DNA of 54,603 nucleotides from a virus (Duplodnaviria; Caudoviricetes): IMG/VR virus record IMGVR_UViG_3300037264_007062, positions 1 to 54,603 of that record; one strand, 5' to 3'. Shown piece by piece: positions 47,307 to 54,603 of this stretch (position 1 is its first letter; each line of letters starts with the position of its first letter). The notes under the pieces were generated by a model. It saw only the letters and a program-made list of their open reading frames with translations, ran no database searches and was not told where the DNA came from. The position numbers and the translations under genes were made by a program.

Positions 47307-50300
47307 ATGTCTTCCAAAGAAGAATCAGATGTCATTGTTTTAGAAACTGCAGATAATTCAGAGCATAAAAATAAAAATTTGTTGAAATTAGAAAGATATT
47401 TCACAGATGGTATAAATTCACCTTTTGAAAAAGTAGAATGGACTACTACAAGAATAAAAATCACAAGCCATGAAGATGGAAAAATTATCTTCGATTACAA
47501 CGTCGAACATCCTATTTTCTGGGATGAAATGGCTGTAAGAATATGTGCAGACAAATACTTCAAAACAAATGATATCGAATGTCTTGCTCATGGCGGAGAA
47601 AGATCAATCAAAGACGTGCTCCACCGTGTAGCTCACAGTATCGCTACTCGCGGACTTAAAATGGGATACTTTGACAAGGCCGGAAGCGGAATTATTTACG
47701 ATGAAATATGTCACATCTTACTGCATCAGATCGCCGCATTCAATTCTCCAGTATTCTTTAATATGGGATTATGGGACTCATATAAGTTTCCTGGAAATTC
47801 TAAAGCTGAAAGATGGGGTATAAAAGACAGAGACGGCGAAGTCTATAAGCAAGAATTTGAATATGAGAATGCACAAGGTTCAGCATGCTACATCACAGAA
47901 GTAAACGACGAACTGATCAACGGTGAGACTGGAATTTATGACTGGATTACCACTGAAATGAAAATTTTCGCCAATGGATCGGGATCTGGAGTCAATGTCA
48001 GCCGAATCCGAGGCGAAGACGAACCTATATCTGGCGGTGGAAAATCTTCTGGACTTATTTCATTTCTAGAAATTGCAGATTCTTCAGCCGGATCAGTAAA
48101 ATCAGGTGGAAAAAACCGAAGAGCTGCTAAAATGATCATGCTCGATGATACCCATCCCGATTTGATCGATTTTATAAACTGGAAAAAACAAGAAGAATTT
48201 AAAGCCAGAACTCTGATTCTTAACGGATATGAAAGTAATTTCGGATTTGAGAACAGAGACAACGCCTACAGAACTATCCAAGCCCAGAATGCCAATAACT
48301 CAATCCGAGTTAGTGACGAATTTATGAATGCCGTAATCGGTGACAAAGACTGGGAATTAAAATATGTAAAAAACAAAGAAACAAAAATAAAAATCAAAGC
48401 TTCAAAAATATTTGATGAAATAGTAGATTCGGCCTGGGAATGCGGAGATCCAGGCCTGTTTTACAAAGGCCCTGTGGAAAAATGGAATACAACTCCAAAT
48501 TCCGGAGAAATAAGATCAACTAATCCATGTTTGACTGGAGAAACTTTGATTGCTACAGCTGATGGAAGAAACACCGTTTCTATCAAACAACTAACCGAAG
48601 AAGGATCAGATGTTCCAGTATATTCATATAACACCGCAAGCAATAAAATAGAAATAAAAATGGGCCGAAATCCCAGACTCACCGGATATAACCAGAAAAT
48701 ACTCAAAGTAACTTTAGATGACGGTTCAACCATCAGAACTACTGAAAACCATAAATTCTTGCTCAGAGACGAATCAGAAATAGAAGCCAAAGACCTTGAA
48801 CCGAATATGAGTCTTATGCCGTTTAGTAAATATGAAACTTATGGAAGGAAAAAAGGCAGAACAAAATATCAAATAATTAATTTAAATAACGGCAATAAAA
48901 GGGCGGAACATAATTTAATTTATGAATTTTATTCGAATTCGAAAATAGATCATTCCGAATTTTGCATTCATCATAAAGATTATAACGGTTTGAATAATTG
49001 TATTAAAAATCTAGAACTTATGGATCATACTAGCCATAGAAGATTACATATGCTGGATTTTGATTCAAATCCGATGCAGGATGGATGGTGGAACAAAGCC
49101 TCAGAAGAAGAAAAAAATAACTATAAATCTAAGATGTCAGAATCAACATCCGGAACAAAAAACGGAAGATACATAGAAATATCAAATAATGAAATTTTCA
49201 GTCATGCCTTAATACTAGCTTCAAATCTCAGCAGAATGTTTACCCAAATAGAATGGGCAAATTATGCCAGAGAAAATGATTTGATCATTGCTTTTTCTGA
49301 TTTTAGAAAATCAGAATTGACTTCCATATTCCATATGTCTGTCAAAGCTGCGAAACAACTAAATCTTCCTTATTGTGAATCAGACCAGCCTCAGATTGTA
49401 AATGCATTTATAGTAAATTTCAAACATTGGACTAATGCGTTAAAATCAAATTATATCTCTATAAGACACAACGGAGATTATCATCCTATTGTAACCAAAA
49501 AATGCGAACATTGCAACGAAGAGTTTGAAATTGAATGGAATCGAAGAGAACAATCCTATTGCTCTCTTCCATGTTCTAATATAGCCCTGAATAATAAACG
49601 TATTACTGCCGGTCACTACAAAAGATTAGCCGATAAAAACAAGATTATTAACAGCGAGAAACAAAGCAATATCAGAGAACAACAAATCATTGTTTTTAAT
49701 GATCTAAAATTCAAGTTTAAACGTGAACCTATGAAATCTGAATGGGTTAAAGAATGTAAAACAAGAAAAATATCATCAGAAATAGCCAGAATCTCAAGTC
49801 CTTTCAGAAATTATAATGTTCTAAAAGAAACAGCTTCGACCTTTAATCACAGAGTAGTCAGTGTTGAATTTGACGGATATGAAGATGTCTATAATATGAC
49901 CGTAGATGACAACCACAATCTAGTGTGTATCACATCTTCTTCAAGAAACACAAAAATGCAGATGATTGAAAACAAAGGACTTATATCAATTCAATGCGGA
50001 GAATTCCTAAGGCTCGATGGAGAATCGTGCAATTTAGCGTCTCTTAATCTTGTTAAGTTTTTGAATAAGAAGGATCGGTCTTTTAATATCGAAAAGTTTC
50101 AGCGTGTGGTAGAGACTTTTATTTCTGCAATGGAAATAATTGTAGGCGGGTCTTCATATCCTGAAAAATATATCGCAGAAAGAACAAAAGATTCAAGGCC
50201 TTTGGGTCTCGGGTATTGTAATATGGGCGGATTGATTATGGCTCTCGGTTATCAGTATGATTCAGATAATGCCAGATCAATTATTTCTTCAATAACATCT

Positions 50301-52445
50301 TTAGAATCGGCTGTGGCTTATCGTCAGTCCGCGAAAATATCTTCTGTAGTCGGTCCTTTCAAATTATTCGAAAAGAATAAAAAAGAAATGATGAATGTTA
50401 TAAAAATGCACTTAGAATCTACAAAAGAAATAAAATCAAAGATAAAATTCTCAAGAGATATAAAGACTTATGCAGAAGAGGTTTGGGAAGAAACTTATAA
50501 TTCAGGTTTAAAACATGGTTTCAGGAATTCTCAAGTAGTTGTTATCGCTCCGACTGGATGTGTTACCGCCGATACATTGATTATGACTTCTGAAGGGATT
50601 ATGCCAATTTCAGATTTAGGAAATATCAATGGAGATCAGTGGCAGGATATAAATATTAAAGTCATTCAAGAAGATGATGTAACTAGTTCTGATCGATTTT
50701 ATGTTAATGGTATGGATCGAGTTTATAAGATTGTAACAGAAAAAGGGCATGAAATAGAAGCGACTTATAAACACAAATTCAGAGTCATTGATGAAAATTC
50801 AAGATATATGTGGAAAAAGGCTGAAGATATTTGTTTTACTGATACGATATGTTTGGGTCTTGGAGGTCATCATAAGATATTAGGAAACAAGAATTATGTT
50901 CTTTTTAATGGTGAGGAGTTGACTGAAGAAAAAGCAGAGTTATTATTCGAAGATTACAATGATAATGAAGAATTCATATCTTGTATTCTTATGTCTAGGA
51001 CATCTGTGGTCAAGAAATACATTAAAAATTGTTTAAAATATTGTTCTGGAAATAAGATTACATTCAAAAGTGTTGAATCAGCTAAAAAGATTCAAGTTCT
51101 CATAGAATCTTTAGGGACGATTTGTTATAGAAATGATAATATTATAATAATAGATTCATCTGACGTTGATGTGTTATTTTCAGATGAAATATATGAAGAA
51201 ACGTATTTGTATTTAGTTAAGGTAAAGTCTTGTGATTATGTCGGTGAAAAGTTGACTTATGATATTTCTGTTCCTTTAGAACACACATATCGGGCTAACG
51301 GGTTTATAAGTCATAATACAATAATGTTTCTTATGGGTACTACGAATAATGGAATTGAACCCGCCTTTGCACTTACCATGCATAAGAAAATGAGTGACGG
51401 ATCATCAGTTAATCTTATGTGTAGTGAAATGATTTTGTCATTAGAAAATTTAGGATATGATGAGAATCAAATTAATGAAATTTCTGATTACGTAACTCAA
51501 AATGGTCATGTTGAGGGTGCTCCGCACTTAGATAAAAAACACATTCCTGTTTTTGATACAGCTAATATGAATGGAACCGGAACAAGATATATAAGACCCA
51601 TGGCTCATGTCGAAGCTATTTCTGCAGCCACGCCTTTTATATCTGGCGGTGTAAGCAAGACTATAAATCTTCCAGAGAGTGCTGGCAGAGAAGATCTTAA
51701 AGAATGTTACATTAAAGGATGGCAATTAGGATGCAAAGCTTTGTCTATTTACAGAGATAAATCTAAATGGTCACAGCCGTTATCGTCTAGGATAAGTTAT
51801 AATGATTCTAAAAAGTATTCTGTCGAGGCTTCTAGAGTGAAGGAAAGAATAAAAAATTCTGGTTATGATAAAGACGGAATTAATACTTTTCATAGGAGTT
51901 TGTTAGAAAGAAGAAAAGCTCCTGTGAGAGCTGAGTCAGAAAGAATCGAATTCAGATTGGGCGGGGAGACTGTAAGATATCATATTGTCAAGTATCCAGA
52001 CGGTAATATATCTGAAGTTTGGCTTGAATTAGGAAAAGAAGGAGAGACTGTCAAGGGTCTTGTTTCAACTATGGGTCGTCTTCTTTCTGTGGCTATTCAA
52101 TACGGGGTTCCGATCGAGTCTTTGTGTGATACTATGTTAGGACAGCAATATCAGCCTTCTGGATTTATCGGAGAGAATGATTTTGAAATCAGGGGCGCGA
52201 TGAGTATCGCTGATTTGACGGGCAAGGTTCTTTTGGCTATAGGAACTGAAAATAATGATAAGACAGATGTATTTCTAGATAAAAGTATGCCTGAATTGGA
52301 TATAATTTCTCCGGCGGAACAGGCGAGAAAATCCGGGTATTCTGGTCAGCAGTGCAAAAATTGCGCTTCATATAGAACGAAGGGTACTACGAAGTGCGGA
52401 CTTTGCGTAGATTGCGGACATGAATATGGCACATGCAGCGGATAA
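47307..52445 (+). CDS. nrdJ: Class II (B12-dependent) ribonucleotide reductase with two inteins
   Basis: FNSP, QGSAC, GSGSG, SGGKNRRAAKM, NP/CGE, CNLASLNL, IAPTG/TI, YRDKSK; TSCPD-like domain and C-terminal Zn ribbon. Confidence 0.95.
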   Translation: MSSKEESDVIVLETADNSEHKNKNLLKLERYFTDGINSPFEKVEWTTTRIKITSHEDGKIIFDYNVEHPIFWDEMAVRICADKYFKTNDIECLAHGGERSIKDVLHRVAHSIATRGLKMGYFDKAGSGIIYDEICHILLHQIAAFNSPVFFNMGLWDSYKFPGNSKAERWGIKDRDGEVYKQEFEYENAQGSACYITEVNDELINGETGIYDWITTEMKIFANGSGSGVNVSRIRGEDEPISGGGKSSGLISFLEIADSSAGSVKSGGKNRRAAKMIMLDDTHPDLIDFINWKKQEEFKARTLILNGYESNFGFENRDNAYRTIQAQNANNSIRVSDEFMNAVIGDKDWELKYVKNKETKIKIKASKIFDEIVDSAWECGDPGLFYKGPVEKWNTTPNSGEIRSTNPCLTGETLIATADGRNTVSIKQLTEEGSDVPVYSYNTASNKIEIKMGRNPRLTGYNQKILKVTLDDGSTIRTTENHKFLLRDESEIEAKDLEPNMSLMPFSKYETYGRKKGRTKYQIINLNNGNKRAEHNLIYEFYSNSKIDHSEFCIHHKDYNGLNNCIKNLELMDHTSHRRLHMLDFDSNPMQDGWWNKASEEEKNNYKSKMSESTSGTKNGRYIEISNNEIFSHALILASNLSRMFTQIEWANYARENDLIIAFSDFRKSELTSIFHMSVKAAKQLNLPYCESDQPQIVNAFIVNFKHWTNALKSNYISIRHNGDYHPIVTKKCEHCNEEFEIEWNRREQSYCSLPCSNIALNNKRITAGHYKRLADKNKIINSEKQSNIREQQIIVFNDLKFKFKREPMKSEWVKECKTRKISSEIARISSPFRNYNVLKETASTFNHRVVSVEFDGYEDVYNMTVDDNHNLVCITSSSRNTKMQMIENKGLISIQCGEFLRLDGESCNLASLNLVKFLNKKDRSFNIEKFQRVVETFISAMEIIVGGSSYPEKYIAERTKDSRPLGLGYCNMGGLIMALGYQYDSDNARSIISSITSLESAVAYRQSAKISSVVGPFKLFEKNKKEMMNVIKMHLESTKEIKSKIKFSRDIKTYAEEVWEETYNSGLKHGFRNSQVVVIAPTGCVTADTLIMTSEGIMPISDLGNINGDQWQDINIKVIQEDDVTSSDRFYVNGMDRVYKIVTEKGHEIEATYKHKFRVIDENSRYMWKKAEDICFTDTICLGLGGHHKILGNKNYVLFNGEELTEEKAELLFEDYNDNEEFISCILMSRTSVVKKYIKNCLKYCSGNKITFKSVESAKKIQVLIESLGTICYRNDNIIIIDSSDVDVLFSDEIYEETYLYLVKVKSCDYVGEKLTYDISVPLEHTYRANGFISHNTIMFLMGTTNNGIEPAFALTMHKKMSDGSSVNLMCSEMILSLENLGYDENQINEISDYVTQNGHVEGAPHLDKKHIPVFDTANMNGTGTRYIRPMAHVEAISAATPFISGGVSKTINLPESAGREDLKECYIKGWQLGCKALSIYRDKSKWSQPLSSRISYNDSKKYSVEASRVKERIKNSGYDKDGINTFHRSLLERRKAPVRAESERIEFRLGGETVRYHIVKYPDGNISEVWLELGKEGETVKGLVSTMGRLLSVAIQYGVPIESLCDTMLGQQYQPSGFIGENDFEIRGAMSIADLTGKVLLAIGTENNDKTDVFLDKSMPELDIISPAEQARKSGYSGQQCKNCASYRTKGTTKCGLCVDCGHEYGTCSG
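48528..49994 (+). mobile_element. Intein 1 (489 aa) with HNH endonuclease, ending in Gln
   Basis: NP|CLTGETLI...TTENHKF...IHHKDYNGLNNCIKNL...VYNMTVDDNHN...ISIQ|CGE. Confidence 0.88.
50559..51317 (+). mobile_element. Intein 2 (253 aa), degenerate endonuclease region
   Basis: APTG|CVTADT...ATYKHKF...TYDISV...YRANGFISHN|TI. Confidence 0.92.
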
Positions 52446-52532
52446 TTTACTCACAAAATAGATTTACTTTTATACTTTTTCATTGTATATAATTTTGTTT
52501 AATTCATTTTGTAAAAACAGGAGAATATAGAG

Positions 52533-53708
52533 ATGGCGACAGACGTTATTAATTTTTTTCTTAATGAAGTTGATGAAGAAGTTCCAGTCGTTGTTAAAAG
52601 CAAGAGAACAGGTTCAGACTGGTATGATCCAAAAAAACAGAAAAAAATGGGATGGCGGAATATAGGAGTTCAGTTCGTTCCAAAATCTGAAACTGAAAGT
52701 CCGAATCCGAGATTCGGTCTTAATGCAATGGTAAATGCTGTCTGGAGAGGAGTTCACAGATATGCCGAAAAGGAACTCAAACTTCCGACCGAAGAAGCTG
52801 CAGACTGGGCTAAATTTGACGGAATCAATCTGTTGCTTAATTTCAGCAATCCTGACAATAAAAAACTGAGATCATATATTACAGTTCCAGGAACCGGAAA
52901 GAAACTTAGTGAATATGATCCTCAATCAGAACTCACTAAAGCCTGGGAATTTTCGAAAGAAATAATTCAAAAAGTCGGGGATACAGAAGAAATTGCTAAT
53001 TACACCGAAGAAAACAAAGACGCATTTTCTAAATGGATCTTGCTTATTCTTAAAGACGCTCTTAAACAAAAAGGATTAGGCAGTGTTGAAAGTGTAGCTT
53101 CAGAAGCGTTAAATACGGTTATTTTTGGTATGGCGCATCAGATGGCTACTAATGCTATTTTCAGTCTCATTCAATATGAAGTATTAAAGAGAAATAATCT
53201 TTTTCAGGGAGATGAACAAGAATCATTTTTCAATTACGCTAAAAAAGATTTAGAAAAAGTTATAGAAAAAATGAGTCTTAATCTTCCGACAAGTACTTTA
53301 GACAAACTGATCGGAGATATATTCGGCAAAGCCAAAGAGGCGCTGCTTTCAGCCGGATTTGATAAAGAAGATGCCGAAGACATAGCCAGTCAGTTTGTGA
53401 CAACAATGAATGATAATGATTTTTTTCAAGCTGTAGGAAATAATATTGCTTCTCAAAAAGCATTCGAAGATCTGAGATCTAAAATATCTTCAGACTTAGA
53501 AAACAATTCTCAAGTACTTGACACTATCCAAAACAGACTCGTAGATAAAGAAGTAAAAATAATTTTCAAGAAAGCAGTCGGACACAGAGGTTCTGAAATT
53601 ACAAAACCTAAAGAACTTGAAAGAAATATCGATGTAGCTATCGGAAAAATAGGAAGTAAAAAAGAATCATTAGTGTCTTTCAAATCATTTGTCGAAGGAA
53701 ATCAATAA
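52533..53708 (+). CDS. Hypothetical helical protein
   Basis: AGGAG RBS; 391 aa. Confidence 0.7.
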   Translation: MATDVINFFLNEVDEEVPVVVKSKRTGSDWYDPKKQKKMGWRNIGVQFVPKSETESPNPRFGLNAMVNAVWRGVHRYAEKELKLPTEEAADWAKFDGINLLLNFSNPDNKKLRSYITVPGTGKKLSEYDPQSELTKAWEFSKEIIQKVGDTEEIANYTEENKDAFSKWILLILKDALKQKGLGSVESVASEALNTVIFGMAHQMATNAIFSLIQYEVLKRNNLFQGDEQESFFNYAKKDLEKVIEKMSLNLPTSTLDKLIGDIFGKAKEALLSAGFDKEDAEDIASQFVTTMNDNDFFQAVGNNIASQKAFEDLRSKISSDLENNSQVLDTIQNRLVDKEVKIIFKKAVGHRGSEITKPKELERNIDVAIGKIGSKKESLVSFKSFVEGNQ

Positions 53709-53709
53709 T

Positions 53710-54603
53710 ATGAAAAAATTTATGATTATAGTTTTGTTTGTTTTTTGTTTCATATCTGAATCTAGATCTTCTGAAGACAATATTACATATTCAGAAGATA
53801 TATCTGGAATTTTTCAGAGAAAATGCATTGAATGTCATCAGACCGGAGAATTGGCTCCGATGGCTTTGACTTCATATGAAGAAGCCAGACCTTGGGTTAA
53901 ATCTATACGAAAACAAGTCGAAAATCGAAATATGCCGCCCTGGGATGCTAATCCAAAATATGGAGAATTCGTTAATGATATGAGTCTGAGTCAGACAGAA
54001 ATTGATTTGATCATTCAGTGGACAGAACAGGGAGCTCTTTCTGGAGATCTGAGTTCTGTTTCAAGTGTTGTTAACAATTCTGGATCTAAATGGAAAATGG
54101 GTGAACCAGATTTATTTCTTACTCCTGAAAATCCAATGATCGTTCCAGTCACAGGTATAAATGAAGACTTGTATCAATGTATTGTTTTACCTTATATGTT
54201 TGATGAAGACAAATGGATTAATGGAATCGAATATCGGATCGAAAACAGAAAAATAGTTCATCATGTTATAGGTTTTACTGATGTTTCTGGAAGATCTAAG
54301 TCTTTAGATGATAAAACTCCAGAATCTGGATTTCCATGCAGCATGGGCGGAAGATCAGGCCGAATAGGCGCGATGCTCGGAGGCTGGGCGCCCGGAATGC
54401 CGCCTAATGATTTTCCAGAAGGAACCGGAACGTTAATTGAAAAAGGATCTTACATCGTATTGCAAATGCATTATTTCAACCAAACAGATTCTATGAAACT
54501 CGACGCCTCAGGTATAGGGATTCATTTTGCCTCTGAACCCGTGACAAAAAGAGCTCGGATTCTTCCGATTGCTCAATGGAATCTGTATATTCCGGCTGGA
54601 GAT
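53710..54603 (+). CDS. Secreted cytochrome c fused to a copper type II (PHM/DBH-like) monooxygenase domain, runs off window (not in ORF track)
   Basis: Hand translation: signal peptide, CIECH heme motif, MPPW, VHHV, GGWAPG, VLQMHY; 298 codons open to the window end. Confidence 0.85.
   Translation, partial: MKKFMIIVLFVFCFISESRSSEDNITYSEDISGIFQRKCIECHQTGELAPMALTSYEEARPWVKSIRKQVENRNMPPWDANPKYGEFVNDMSLSQTEIDLIIQWTEQGALSGDLSSVSSVVNNSGSKWKMGEPDLFLTPENPMIVPVTGINEDLYQCIVLPYMFDEDKWINGIEYRIENRKIVHHVIGFTDVSGRSKSLDDKTPESGFPCSMGGRSGRIGAMLGGWAPGMPPNDFPEGTGTLIEKGSYIVLQMHYFNQTDSMKLDASGIGIHFASEPVTKRARILPIAQWNLYIPAGD

Noticed and set aside
2132-53463. Many 60-130 aa ORFs antisense or out of frame within long genes (e.g. 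3772-4167, 15611-16066, 22992-23288, 48461-48790)
   Set aside because: Shadow ORFs of well-supported genes, with no RBS or motifs
1-54603. Stop-codon reassignment as in some jumbo phages
   Set aside because: Conserved genes are full length in code 11 and end at TAA, TGA and TAG (e.g. gp13 and gp15 end in TAG)
1-54603. tRNA, rRNA or group I/II introns
   Set aside because: No cloverleaf or intron-like interruption seen by eye and intergenic gaps are short; tRNAscan and Infernal were not run

Overview
An AT-rich stretch of a large T4-like myovirus (probably a jumbo phage), read in the standard genetic code. It carries a head-tail module (gp13 and gp14 neck, gp15, gp18 sheath, two gp19 tubes, gp26 hub, BppU-like protein), a gp55-type late sigma factor with matching (T/C)ATAAATA promoters, UvsW, gp47/gp46 (SbcD/SbcC) and a class II ribonucleotide reductase with two inteins. 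Host-like genes include purF, dnaJ, two glycosyltransferases, a pilin-like protein and a cytochrome c-copper monooxygenase. Highlights: (1) ten related ankyrin-repeat modules in four loci, with a fixed scaffold, variable binding-surface residues, 8-nt start/stop overlaps and an N-terminal peptide resembling the T4 capsid-targeting sequence, which about 10 unrelated ORFs also carry. I infer a virion-packaged, diversified binder or effector set. (2) gp46 is broken at its Walker A motif by an atypically split intein (27 aa IntN plus 128 aa IntC). (3) A gp51/chaperone-like frame missing from the ORF track is most plausibly reached by a -1 frameshift at the end of gp26. (4) An HNH-containing, Gln-terminated intein sits at the RNR catalytic cysteine. 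(5) There is a duplicated tnpB 3' end and T4-style hairpins that may gate late translation. All calls come from reading motifs by eye; no database searches were run.
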